A stretch of DNA of 64,000 bases from NCBI GenBank assembly GCA_965222225.1, contig CBDCTK010000002.1, positions 2,144,001-2,208,000 on the forward strand. Reading direction: 5' to 3'. The notes beneath the pieces are model-generated. The model saw only the letters and a program-made list of their open reading frames with translations. It searched no databases and was not told the DNA's origin. Source of the DNA: Candidatus Poribacteria bacterium. GTDB taxonomy: Bacteria; Poribacteria; WGA-4E; JAJDTR01. Below are positions 30,694 through 40,499 of the stretch, in pieces; within the stretch, counting starts at the first letter, position 1; every line of letters starts with the position of its first letter. Both the position numbers and the translations under genes were made by a program.

Positions 30694-32595
30694 ATGAGAA
30701 AGTGTGTGTTATCAAACATCCACATCCTGATTTGTATCACGGCGATTATATTCGCTGGCTGTGGTGCGAAGCAAACCGAGGCAACCCTCGAAACTCCGAA
30801 TGATGCCCAGACGGCAGCAACCTCGGAACCTCCTGTGTCCGTTGATCCCGATAGCGTTTTGAGCGTCATTCCCGGCGATGTTAATGGCTTAATCTACATC
30901 CGTAATCCGCTCGCGCTGAATGAGGAAATCAACGCACTCCTTGCCGAGTTAGTGCAGGGAGAGCCGCCGCACGAAATTATCGCGAAAACGCTAGCGGACA
31001 CGTTTGGCGCCGGTTTTGAAAGCTTGGAGGAATTGGAGGAACTTGGTCTAGATTTGGGCAAGGATTTCTGTGTGTTTTTCGCTGGCACAAAACCTCTCAT
31101 CCCCTGTGCCGCTGTCCACGTGAAAGCCCCGGAGGCGATTAAGCAGGTGATCGCCGCCGAGTCGGATGTCGGTAACACAGTCGAGTACAACGGTATGACC
31201 TACAATACCACGGAAGGGGGCAGCGCTTTTGTAATTCTGGGGAACTTCATGGTTTATTCGGGAATATCGGCTGTGTGCGAGAAAGCCATTGATACCCACA
31301 AGCAAGCGTTGCCGTCAATTGGCATGAACCCCGATTATGCCTCTCTCAAACTCGATCCCTCACTGGAGCGGAATGACATCTTGGCTTACTTCCCAATGGC
31401 GCCAATTGTAGAGATGTTAACCGAGGCAGCCAACGGAATGAAAGTTGACTTGGATGCAATGGAAGCGTCTGTTCCGGATCCTCAGGGGCTAACGATAGTT
31501 TCGAAAATGTTGGATTGGGGCCTCCAATTCCTCGATCAATCAGCGACGTTGAGCCTTACCTTGCAGTTGAATGGCACCGACTTACAGATTTCGCCTTACC
31601 TTAAGTTCAAAGAGGGCAGCGAAGCGCAAACATTGTTCAGTTCGGCGCCCTCGGAATTGACGCACCTCGACTATCTCTCACGGACAGCAGTGGTCAACAG
31701 CATGATGCACTTTCAGAAGGAAGCTTGGATTGATCTTACCGTGGACATTATGAAATTGCTTGCTCCTAGCGATTCGAATGCGGATAACCAAGGGCTTGAG
31801 AAAGCAACCCAAGACTTTATCGAAGCGTTATCCACTTTCTACGAACCCATTGGAGAGGAAGCCTCAGGTTCATTCAGCTTTAGTGGGAGCTTGATGCCGG
31901 ATATGGTGTTTATCAACGACATCGTCAATGAGGAGCAGGTTGCAACCTACATGAAAGAGGATTATCTTGCATATATGACATCCGCAGCGTCGTTGTACAA
32001 AGCTATGGGAGCTGGGGCGGCTGCCAATATGTATGCCGGAGCGTCAGCGGGACCTTCAGAAGACTATAACGGTGTTGACATCATGAGTTACGCTTTGCCA
32101 AATATCTCGGCAGGGTTTGCCGAGATGCCGCCGGACATGGAAGCCTTAATCCCCAATCAATGGAATCTTTACTACGCTATTGAAAACGAGAAACTCCTAA
32201 TTTCCATGGCTGCCACGGCACAACCAATTAAGGACGCCTTGGACCGAATGGCTGGCGTCGGCACTTCCGCTGATAGTGGTATGGGATACGGCAAAGTCAT
32301 TGATACACTGACATTACAAAACAACTGGATTCTCACAATGTCACCTATCGCGCTGGTGGATGGCGTCCTAGGTGCTACTGTCCAGTCTATGCCTGAGGCC
32401 GGTTTATTCAAGATGGCATTCCAGAATAGCCCCAAAGTTCACAGTATCGGGATAGCCGGACAGAATCGTGATGGCGGTGTTCAAGTCAAGATTTTCGTTG
32501 CGCTGGCGGATCTTAAAGACCTAATCAACGCGGGAACAACAATGCAACAGATGATGCAGATGCAGGAAATGCAGCAGATGCAACCGATGCAATAA
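30694..32595 (+). CDS. Large hypothetical lipoprotein
   Basis: AGGAGA RBS, lipobox FAGC; 633-aa open frame with a Gln/Met-rich tail. Confidence 0.75.
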   Translation: MRKCVLSNIHILICITAIIFAGCGAKQTEATLETPNDAQTAATSEPPVSVDPDSVLSVIPGDVNGLIYIRNPLALNEEINALLAELVQGEPPHEIIAKTLADTFGAGFESLEELEELGLDLGKDFCVFFAGTKPLIPCAAVHVKAPEAIKQVIAAESDVGNTVEYNGMTYNTTEGGSAFVILGNFMVYSGISAVCEKAIDTHKQALPSIGMNPDYASLKLDPSLERNDILAYFPMAPIVEMLTEAANGMKVDLDAMEASVPDPQGLTIVSKMLDWGLQFLDQSATLSLTLQLNGTDLQISPYLKFKEGSEAQTLFSSAPSELTHLDYLSRTAVVNSMMHFQKEAWIDLTVDIMKLLAPSDSNADNQGLEKATQDFIEALSTFYEPIGEEASGSFSFSGSLMPDMVFINDIVNEEQVATYMKEDYLAYMTSAASLYKAMGAGAAANMYAGASAGPSEDYNGVDIMSYALPNISAGFAEMPPDMEALIPNQWNLYYAIENEKLLISMAATAQPIKDALDRMAGVGTSADSGMGYGKVIDTLTLQNNWILTMSPIALVDGVLGATVQSMPEAGLFKMAFQNSPKVHSIGIAGQNRDGGVQVKIFVALADLKDLINAGTTMQQMMQMQEMQQMQPMQ

Positions 32596-32701
32596 GACTC
32601 ATCACCTCAATTGGGCGAGAGCATGAGTTGATGCCGGTATTTTGGAAACACAGTCCAGATGGGTTAGCCAACCCTTCATCTACAGATTACGAGGTTTTTC
32701 A

Positions 32702-33139
32702 ATGCGTTTATACTCACCAACGAAAGTGGTCGCCCTGATTGGCGTATGTTCCGCTTTAACTTTGACCGCGCCCGTTTTTCCCGCACAGGCTGGAGGAGGC
32801 GCACGTGCGTTGAAGGTTGTGCTGTTTACCACCGGTATGGGTTTGAAATTTGGCAGCGTGTTCGTTGAGAAATCGGCTCAAGTTTCATATGACCAGTATT
32901 TAACCACTGCGCTCCAAGCGGACATCGCCCGATACCGTACCGATTATACGAGCAAGCGCGACACCGGCGTGGTTATGTCGCGGGTTGGAATAGGGTTGGT
33001 TGGAGTTGCGACACTTATCTCAATTTTTGACCAACTGGACCTGATTTCCCAACGGTCCCAACCTGCCGCGCTGCGGCTCACGCCGGGTTATGATTTCCAA
33101 AACCGTGAAACAACTCTTAGTCTCCAAGGTCAATTTTGA
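32702..33139 (+). CDS. Hypothetical exported/membrane protein
   Basis: Signal peptide (AQA), GAGG RBS, C-terminal aromatic beta-strand (SLQGQF). Confidence 0.65.
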   Translation: MRLYSPTKVVALIGVCSALTLTAPVFPAQAGGGARALKVVLFTTGMGLKFGSVFVEKSAQVSYDQYLTTALQADIARYRTDYTSKRDTGVVMSRVGIGLVGVATLISIFDQLDLISQRSQPAALRLTPGYDFQNRETTLSLQGQF

Positions 33140-33150
33140 GGTGTATTGTT

Positions 33151-34236
33151 ATGAAAATCGAGAATCTATCACCATTCCTCTTACTCTTTATCGGGCTGTT
33201 TTGTACGAGTTGCACGGGTGATGAAGATTATAGCAATCCGTTGGATCCGGAGAATTTGCGAACAGCCGGCTCACCTACCGGTTTAACGCTGTCGGCCGGC
33301 GATCAGCAAGTGAAGGTTTCTTGGAAAGACATCGCACTTGACGGGATAGTCACGTATCGCATCTACCGACGCTTTACCGGTCACCCAAACCCACAGTTTC
33401 AAAGGATTGGCGAAGTTGATGCGCCGACAACCGAATTTCTCGACACGAATGACATCAAGAACGATCAGTTCGACCTGGAACTCGGTAAACCGTTACTTTA
33501 CGAATATCGAATTTCGTACGTAGACCGGGACGGGTTCGAAACGCCTGATCCGAACGCACCGCCTGGCGACGACGCGGATCCTCGCAAAATCTGGCCCATC
33601 GTCAAAACCACACCGAGCAACCCGCCTCCGGCTCCACATGTCGTTCTCGGAGATCCGACGGATTTGACCGTGAAGCTGTTCTGGCTGGAATACGTACCTC
33701 CCGAGGACTTTGAAATTTTCAGAGTATTTGCGGCGGCTGTAGACGAAAACGGCGATCTCGGGAAGTTGCGCTTGGTCGGCGAAACAACGAAGGACAGACC
33801 GTTCTTTTTCGATGAGGATTTCGACCGGGATGGAATCACTAAAGTATATCATATCCTCGCCGTCGACCGCGTCGGCGTTGAAGCCGTTACAAAGATTCGA
33901 TCGACCTCGCCGGATTTACCCCCCGCGCCGCCACAAGGTTTTCGCGCTGCCATCATCCCGCTCCAGCCACGCGGTAGGTACGATGTATACTTCTCTTGGA
34001 TACCCAATAAAGAGGCGGACCTTGCGGGTTATCAGCTCTACGCGACATCGGCTGATGGCGAGTTGCTTTCGCGCCCACGAGTGGATGCGAAGCACAGTTC
34101 GCACAAATTTTCCGGCGACCAAGAAATATTGGTAGGTCAAAATCTTGTTGCCCGCCAATACTTCATCACCGCATTCGACGATACCCCCAGAGCCGACGGC
34201 AGCTTGGACGAAAGCGCGCTAGTTGCAGCGCCATAA
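33151..34236 (+). CDS. Fibronectin type III-repeat lipoprotein
   Basis: Lipobox CTSC, NPLDP, FN3-like segments (VKVSW..YRIYR; WIPNKEADLAGYQLY; YFITAFD). Confidence 0.75.
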   Translation: MKIENLSPFLLLFIGLFCTSCTGDEDYSNPLDPENLRTAGSPTGLTLSAGDQQVKVSWKDIALDGIVTYRIYRRFTGHPNPQFQRIGEVDAPTTEFLDTNDIKNDQFDLELGKPLLYEYRISYVDRDGFETPDPNAPPGDDADPRKIWPIVKTTPSNPPPAPHVVLGDPTDLTVKLFWLEYVPPEDFEIFRVFAAAVDENGDLGKLRLVGETTKDRPFFFDEDFDRDGITKVYHILAVDRVGVEAVTKIRSTSPDLPPAPPQGFRAAIIPLQPRGRYDVYFSWIPNKEADLAGYQLYATSADGELLSRPRVDAKHSSHKFSGDQEILVGQNLVARQYFITAFDDTPRADGSLDESALVAAP

Positions 34237-34303
34237 TGATTCGTATGCTGTTTCTTCATCCGAATACTCAAATCAGACCCATTCAACCGATAAGGACAAC
34301 CTT

Positions 34304-35266
34304 ATGCGATTTCTTCGGTCAATACATCGTTGGGCTTTATTAACCTGTTGTATGTCACTGATTCTGGTCACGGAGTCCGGATTTGGGCAACTTCTCCCCG
34401 CACCCCACCTTGCGCTAATGCAGACCGCCGACACCTTGGGAAAAGGCGGATATACAACCGCCTTAGGACACTTTCAGTTTCAGAAGGGGCGAGTCAAAGC
34501 AGAGGACCAAAGTGTTGAAATCGGTAACTTCGAAGAGTTGCACACAGTGGAAATCGATGTACAGACTTTCTTGATGCCGATTCGATTCACCTACGGGATT
34601 GGTGAGAACCTAGATTTCATCCTGGGAGGGACATTCTCGACGGGCGGCGTTCGCAAGATTGTTTACGATTTCTATGAAACGGGGGATCCGGAACAAGATC
34701 GGCGAGTATACGATCAAGCGCTGTTCGACACCGTGGTAGGGTTAAAATACGGCATAAAACCCGACGATGGGGATGGGTTGCCCAAAATCTCCATCGGCGG
34801 AGACGTACAGGTAGGCTATTCCGCCGACAACAGACTCAGTGGCACAGGCGATTTTCTCGATTCGACACCTGCCGACGGTTTACCGTTTGTTGGAATCAAC
34901 ACCTATATTCTGGGGGCACTTCGCTTTGGCGAGTACGCTCGAGGGCACGCCGGCGTGGGGATGTATCTCTCCTCGAAATCCTTCAAAGCCACGGATTCAT
35001 TTCTATTGAATTGGCAGCTTGGAGGCGAGGTGTTGCTTACTCATGACCTGTGGTTGGTCGGCGACTTCACACGAGAATTGCCCCTCGCCGGAATGACAAT
35101 CAGCAATCTACTCAGCGTCGGACTGCGATACGAAATCTCCAATCGCTCCTCGTTTCATTTCGGATATGTCAGTGAACCGGGCTTTCAATTCTCTTTGGTG
35201 GTGGGCGGAGAAAAGGGCAGCATGATTGCGCCGACCGCTCCAAAAGGGGATGAATTGCAGTTTTAG
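34304..35266 (+). CDS. Putative outer-membrane beta-barrel protein
   Basis: Signal peptide, TADTLGKG motif, alternating amphipathic strands. Confidence 0.6.
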   Translation: MRFLRSIHRWALLTCCMSLILVTESGFGQLLPAPHLALMQTADTLGKGGYTTALGHFQFQKGRVKAEDQSVEIGNFEELHTVEIDVQTFLMPIRFTYGIGENLDFILGGTFSTGGVRKIVYDFYETGDPEQDRRVYDQALFDTVVGLKYGIKPDDGDGLPKISIGGDVQVGYSADNRLSGTGDFLDSTPADGLPFVGINTYILGALRFGEYARGHAGVGMYLSSKSFKATDSFLLNWQLGGEVLLTHDLWLVGDFTRELPLAGMTISNLLSVGLRYEISNRSSFHFGYVSEPGFQFSLVVGGEKGSMIAPTAPKGDELQF

Positions 35267-35281
35267 CTCAAGAAAGATGGG

Positions 35282-35316
35282 GATCAAGGGAACGGATAGT
35301 GAGTGCGATAAAGATC
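35282..35316 (+). repeat. 35-bp GA-hairpin unit within a REP remnant
   Basis: GATCAAGGGAACGGATAGTGAGTGCGATAAAGATC followed by GTTATTCCCTAC, the right arm of the 8819 palindrome. Confidence 0.85.
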
Positions 35317-35361
35317 TTTCGTTATTCCCTACGTCCTGGTCTCTTTCTATGAATCGGGCAC

Positions 35362-35388
35362 GTAGGGAACGCAGATCTGCGTTCCTAC
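35362..35388. repeat. GTAG-type REP palindrome
   Basis: GTAGGGAACGCAGATCTGCGTTCCTAC; near-identical copy at 53738-53765. Confidence 0.8.
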
Positions 35389-35485
35389 AACCTGGATTGC
35401 GTAGTTCCTAATCATGTTTTGCTTGAAACGTGCTTAATGTGCTTGTTTATTGACAAGATACTACTGACGACCAAGCGTCGCCACG

Positions 35486-35947
35486 ATGAAAGGAAGCATG
35501 AGAGCTGTTGTTCAACGTGTAACATCTGCCAGCGTAACCGTGGATGGCAATCTGATTTCCGAGATTGGCAGAGGGCTACTCATCTTTCACGGGGTTGCCC
35601 AAGAGGATACTTCCACCGATCTCGATTATCTCACGAACAAGGTTACGAATCTCCGCGTTTTTGAAGATGATGAAGGACGGATGAATCGTTCCCTTTTGGA
35701 GATTGGCGGCGAGGCGCTTGTGGTCTCCCAGTTCACGCTTTACGGTGATTGTCGTAAGGGGCGAAGGCCAAGCTTTATTGATGCAGCTCCGCCTGATAAG
35801 GCGGAGGCGCTTTATCAACAGTTCATTCAAGCGCTTTCGAATACAGGGATTTCTGTCAAGGCGGGAATCTTCCAAGCCATGATGGATGTGAGATTGGTTA
35901 ACGATGGGCCGGTTACCATCTTACTTGATAGCAGTAAGCTGTTTTGA
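35486..35947 (+). CDS. dtd: D-aminoacyl-tRNA deacylase
   Basis: [31 protein letters not shown]. Confidence 0.96.
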   Translation: MKGSMRAVVQRVTSASVTVDGNLISEIGRGLLIFHGVAQEDTSTDLDYLTNKVTNLRVFEDDEGRMNRSLLEIGGEALVVSQFTLYGDCRKGRRPSFIDAAPPDKAEALYQQFIQALSNTGISVKAGIFQAMMDVRLVNDGPVTILLDSSKLF

Positions 35948-35974
35948 TTGTGCAATCGCTAACGGAGAAGACTG

Positions 35975-36769
35975 TTGACATCACACCCCAGCTATCAAGT
36001 GGACATGACAGAGGAACAAACTTCCTTCTTCCGTGAAAATGGGTTCCTGAGCATTCAGCGTATCACAACAGATGCCGAAGTAGAGTGGTTGAAAAAGGTT
36101 TACAATCAACTCTTTGATCTGCGCACCGGCGAAAAAGAGGGCAAATATTTCGATCTCGCAGGGCCCCGCGCGCGCACGGGACGCGATGTACTGCCGCAGG
36201 TACTCGGTCCGGAAGCGACATTTCCCGAACTCAGGGAAACGACCTATTTCCGGAACGCACACCACCTCGCCGCCAAACTGCTTGGTGCTGAAGCGGAGAG
36301 CGTGACCGGCGGCGGACACATGATTTTGAAACCCGCTCAATACGGCGGAGAAACACCGTGGCATCAGGATGAAGCTTACTGGAACCCGGAGGTCATCCCT
36401 CACAGTCTTAGCGTTTGGTTGCCGTTGGATGCAGCCACGGTGGACAGCGGTTGCATGCAGTTCATTCCCGCCTCCCACAAAACCGATGTCCGTTGGCACC
36501 GCCACATCGACAACGACCCGCTGGTGCACGGATTGATTACCGACGATGTCGACCCATCTCAGGCAATTGCCTGCCCCATTCCAGCGGGCGGAGCGACCTT
36601 CCATCATTGCCGAACCCTCCATTACGCGGGACCAAACCTGACAGACGCCCCGCGTCGCGCCTACATCCTTGTATTTGGCACCCCTCCGAAGAGACGCGAT
36701 AAACCGGCTCACCGACCTTGGCAGACCGAGGAGCGCAAAGCACTGGCTAATGCTCGGCTTTCTACTTAA
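35975..36769 (+). CDS. PhyH-family dioxygenase
   Basis: TPWHQDEAYW, WLPLDAATVDSGCM, TLHYAGPN, RRA. Confidence 0.9.
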   Translation: MTSHPSYQVDMTEEQTSFFRENGFLSIQRITTDAEVEWLKKVYNQLFDLRTGEKEGKYFDLAGPRARTGRDVLPQVLGPEATFPELRETTYFRNAHHLAAKLLGAEAESVTGGGHMILKPAQYGGETPWHQDEAYWNPEVIPHSLSVWLPLDAATVDSGCMQFIPASHKTDVRWHRHIDNDPLVHGLITDDVDPSQAIACPIPAGGATFHHCRTLHYAGPNLTDAPRRAYILVFGTPPKRRDKPAHRPWQTEERKALANARLST

Positions 36770-36856
36770 CCCGACAGTAATCGCATCTAATTTCCCTCTA
36801 CCTCGCTATAGACTGGATGCGCAATGAAAAGAGTGTCTTGGAGTTGAGTTTCGCGG

Positions 36857-37061
36857 GATCTCTATCGCGCTCTTTGTTTGGTCGCTTGATTGCTCAACCC
36901 TACCTACGGCTCCAGATTGTAAAGTCCTGCCTTCCATTCGGCAATCGAAGAAAGAGAAGAACTCGACGATTTGATGAGGGATCAAGCAAATGAATAATGA
37001 GTGCGATAGAACTCCCATAGAAAATCCCTCTCGCTATCCACTGTTTAATCGCTCGTTAATC
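36857..37061. repeat. Cluster of 35-bp units (36857-36891 minus, 36980-37014 plus, partial copies 37030-37061)
   Basis: Match to the consensus; the first copy sits in the loop of a GTAG REP. Confidence 0.8.
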
Positions 37062-37103
37062 ACTATGTAATCTCCCTTAATCCTATTGAGGTCAATTCTT
37101 CCC

Positions 37104-37132
37104 TTGACACTTGAATAGCAGATGCGTATAAT
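37104..37132 (+). promoter_or_regulatory. Consensus sigma70 promoter
   Basis: TTGACA-17 bp-TATAAT, a perfect consensus, upstream of the LamG gene. Confidence 0.75.
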
Positions 37133-37261
37133 TGGAGATTACAGTAGGGTTGTACTGGGAAATCTGTCCTAGTGCAGTCACCCATATAAAACAAAAGATA
37201 GATGGATTGAAACCGGGATAAACACCGGTTCAATCAGAGTCTAATATCTGGAGATTAAACC

Positions 37262-38047
37262 ATGAAAAAAATGTTGTATATCCTCTCTTGTGTCGCATTG
37301 GTGGCAATGCCGATTCTGTCAGCATCCGCCAAGGTAACCTTCCATGCGGCTTTGGAAAGCAAGGATCAGGTGGAAGCGACCGGTGGAGAGGTCGTCGGCG
37401 GCGGTAGTTTCGTTCCGGGCGTTGTCGGGAACGGATTCATGAGTGACGTGGAAGAAGCTGTGGTGCACTATCCCTTCGAGGGCCACATCCCGGGTTATCA
37501 AGAACAAGGGACGCTAGAGTGCTGGTTGGTGCTAGGTTGGGACCTCGACAAGTTCTCCGATGTTACCGATAGAGGCGAAGCCTTTATGTTCTGGTCCTAT
37601 AATAAGGCCGGCACAGACGCCATCGGCCTGATGGTCGGCGGCGGTCATAATACGCCGATTGCTTGGTTCCGCGTTAGGGAAGTCGACGAAGAATGGCATA
37701 GTGCGGCTAGCGAGGAATTGGACTGGAAGGAGGGCGAAGCCCACCACATGGTCGGAACATGGGGGCCAAACGCAGTCAATCTGTACCTGGACGGTGAGTG
37801 GGCCGCAGACGACCCTTACGTCGGAGGGCCCAAGAATCCTATCGAAAGATTGTCTATTAACAACAACGAGTCCGATCCGGCTGCATTCGCAACGTTCTCC
37901 GTCGTGGACGAACTGCGGATTCATGACGTTCAGCTGGACGATGATCAGGTTGGTGCGTTGTACCAAGAGAGAATGGCAGAGGCTTCGACATCTGTAGATC
38001 CAACTGCCAAGCTTGCCACGACGTGGGCAGCAGTGAAGAGACAGTAG
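37262..38047 (+). CDS. Secreted LamG/concanavalin-like domain protein with C-terminal KLATTW motif
   Basis: Signal peptide ASA; GTLECW, HHMVGTW..LYLDG, VDELRI; ends VDPTAKLATTWAAVKRQ. Confidence 0.85.
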   Translation: MKKMLYILSCVALVAMPILSASAKVTFHAALESKDQVEATGGEVVGGGSFVPGVVGNGFMSDVEEAVVHYPFEGHIPGYQEQGTLECWLVLGWDLDKFSDVTDRGEAFMFWSYNKAGTDAIGLMVGGGHNTPIAWFRVREVDEEWHSAASEELDWKEGEAHHMVGTWGPNAVNLYLDGEWAADDPYVGGPKNPIERLSINNNESDPAAFATFSVVDELRIHDVQLDDDQVGALYQERMAEASTSVDPTAKLATTWAAVKRQ

Positions 38048-38299
38048 ATAGTCTCGAACGGTTGCGGGCTGAAATTGGTTGAATTTCAACACACCCGTAT
38101 GTATTGGCTCATGTGAACATGATGTGCAGGAGTTTTGCACAAACCGTTAACATGAGCCATTCATTTATGTACCCGCAGGACTCACCCAGCTAGTCGCCGG
38201 AGCACCGCGGTTCGGCGATTTTCGCGGAAGAAGACAAGCCTAGGCGTTCGATGTATCGGTGTGTTGCAACCTTGCTGGCATGAGTCCTTGTTTTCTAAT

Positions 38300-39067
38300 A
38301 TGAAAAGAATATGCTATATCATCACTGCCGTCCTGCTTTTGATACCTTTTCTGTCTGCCTCCGCCAAAATAAAATTCCATACAACTTTGGAAAGCGAGGC
38401 CTCCGTCAAGAGAGAAGGTGGGAGCGTCATTGGCGGCGGTCAATTTGTGCCGGGAGTCAGAGAAAATGGATTCATCAGTGACGAGAGATCGGCGGTGGTA
38501 CACTTCCCCATGCACGAGATGTTGGGTAAACATTATCTGGATGAAGGCACCTTGGAATGCTGGTTGATTTTGGGTTGGGACATAGATAAGTTCACCAACA
38601 CAACCGGCAAGGACGAAGCCTTTATGTTCTGGGCGTATAACAGAGCCGAAACAGATGCCATCGGTTTAATGATTGGCGGAAGAAGAAACCATCCGGTTGC
38701 ACAATTCCGTGTGCGGGAAGTGCGTAACGAGTGGCACAACGCCGTAAGCGCCAAGCTGAATTGGAAAGAGGATGAAACCCATCACATGGCTGGAACATGG
38801 GGAGCAGCCGGGCTCCATCTGTATCTTGATGGCGAATTGGCTGCCCAAGACCGTTACAAGGGTGGTCCCGCCAATATTATTGAACGGCTGTCAATAAACA
38901 ACAACGAAACTGATCCGGCTACATTTCCCACATACTCGATCGTGGATGAATTGAAGATTCATGACGAACAGTTGCCCGCCCGCGCAATTCCTGATTTGAT
39001 GACCTTATCCGTAGAGCCGGGGGCAAAACTCGCCACAACGTGGGGCGGCATTAAGAAGATCCGGTGA
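38300..39067 (+). CDS. Secreted LamG domain protein, tandem paralog
   Basis: Collinear with the upstream gene (GTLECWL, EAFMFW, IERLSINNNE); ends VEPGAKLATTWGGIKKIR. Confidence 0.85.
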   Translation: MKRICYIITAVLLLIPFLSASAKIKFHTTLESEASVKREGGSVIGGGQFVPGVRENGFISDERSAVVHFPMHEMLGKHYLDEGTLECWLILGWDIDKFTNTTGKDEAFMFWAYNRAETDAIGLMIGGRRNHPVAQFRVREVRNEWHNAVSAKLNWKEDETHHMAGTWGAAGLHLYLDGELAAQDRYKGGPANIIERLSINNNETDPATFPTYSIVDELKIHDEQLPARAIPDLMTLSVEPGAKLATTWGGIKKIR

Positions 39068-39108
39068 TGCCCGGGTGACATCCTAACTCTTAAGGAATAT
39101 CTTTCGAT

Positions 39109-40350
39109 ATGAACCAACCATTCTTCGAACAGACTCGTGTATTCGACCCGGTGCCGGGGCAGACAAAAAAGAGCAATACCTATCTGGAGGTGACCAACTC
39201 CGGCGCGGTTATCGCCTTCGGCACCAAGTTGCCGACTGCTCGCATGCCCGGCGGCGCCGACCACGGATTTCCCTGGATGCATCTTCGAGCACGCAGCGTC
39301 AACAGCGGTCGTAGTTGGACGCTTGAGGAGATGAACTGGTGGGAGCCCGAGAAAAGAGGTTTGCTAGCCAGTGTTGTTGACCGCAGCACGGGCGAAATTT
39401 TTATGTTTACACAAGGCACTTGGCCCCTTCAGGACGATCACGGTCAGCCGCTCTCCGAGAGCTGGCTCATCGCCAATTATCACAAAGGGCGTCAGATGGG
39501 CGCGTGCTTGACGATGGAACGCAGTGTGGACGATGGCCGCACGTGGACTTCAACCGACATCTCGGAGCAATTTTACACCTATCCGGGGGCTGGATTGGCA
39601 TGGTTTATCGGGACCGGCATCCAACTCCAACGCGGCTCACACCGGGGACGGTTGGTAGTGCCGGGTAGATACTTTACCGGGAATTGGAAGCAGGTAGACC
39701 CTTCCAAGCATAATATCATCTACGATCACCCCGCACTGGGGGATGTCTATGACGATGGTGAAGGAGAAATCGCGCAAGTTCTCGACCATGAAGCGCATAA
39801 CATGGTCATTTACAGTGACGACCACGGTGAAACGTGGCATTGGGGTGGGAGTTCACAGGGCCATTGCGGCGAAGCGTGTATCGTTGAGTTATCCGACGGC
39901 TCGATTTATATGAACAACCGCAACCACGATCCGAGAACGATGGGTTACCGTTCCTGGTGCATTAGCCGGGATGGCGGCGAAAGTTTCACCGAGTTTGGAG
40001 TAGACCGAACGCTTATTGAAAACCGCTGTCATGCGGCACTGATGCGCTATTCATACCCGAACGACAATGAACCGGGTTGCGTCCTTTTTTCCAATCCGGC
40101 TGTGCACGAGGGAAAGAGCCAATTGCACCCCCGGGGAGGACGGGCTGGTCAACGTCGCGACCAGACAGTGCGCGTGAGTTTCGACGATTGCAAGACTTGG
40201 CCGATATCGCGGCGAATTAGTGAAAATGCGTCGTATTCATCACTAGCGGTGTTGGCGGACGGCACCATCTTATGCGCGTACGACGTGTACGTCTGCCGTT
40301 TCAACCTCGCCTGGTTGAAGCTCGATCAGTCCGGCTTGGCGTCAATTTAA
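39109..40350 (+). CDS. Sialidase-like (GH33/BNR-repeat) protein
   Basis: Asp boxes SVDDGRTW, SDDHGETW, SRDGGESF, SFDDCKTW; GIQL..GRLVVP; LFSNP; SYSSL. Confidence 0.85.
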   Translation: MNQPFFEQTRVFDPVPGQTKKSNTYLEVTNSGAVIAFGTKLPTARMPGGADHGFPWMHLRARSVNSGRSWTLEEMNWWEPEKRGLLASVVDRSTGEIFMFTQGTWPLQDDHGQPLSESWLIANYHKGRQMGACLTMERSVDDGRTWTSTDISEQFYTYPGAGLAWFIGTGIQLQRGSHRGRLVVPGRYFTGNWKQVDPSKHNIIYDHPALGDVYDDGEGEIAQVLDHEAHNMVIYSDDHGETWHWGGSSQGHCGEACIVELSDGSIYMNNRNHDPRTMGYRSWCISRDGGESFTEFGVDRTLIENRCHAALMRYSYPNDNEPGCVLFSNPAVHEGKSQLHPRGGRAGQRRDQTVRVSFDDCKTWPISRRISENASYSSLAVLADGTILCAYDVYVCRFNLAWLKLDQSGLASI

Positions 40351-40394
40351 TCGCCGACCTTTATCTGGATTCTTCGGCTTTACAGAATCGCGTA

Positions 40395-40448
40395 AGGGGT
40401 AGATAGCGGTGTTGTGATTTCAAAAACATCTATCTACCCCTCATTTTT
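40395..40448 (+). terminator. Probable intrinsic terminator
   Basis: AGGGGTAGATAG...CTATCTACCCCT followed by a T-run, downstream of the sialidase. Confidence 0.5.
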
Positions 40449-40499
40449 TGTCTGCACATTCATTACGGGTGATTAAGGTCTGTTGACATTTGACATCAC

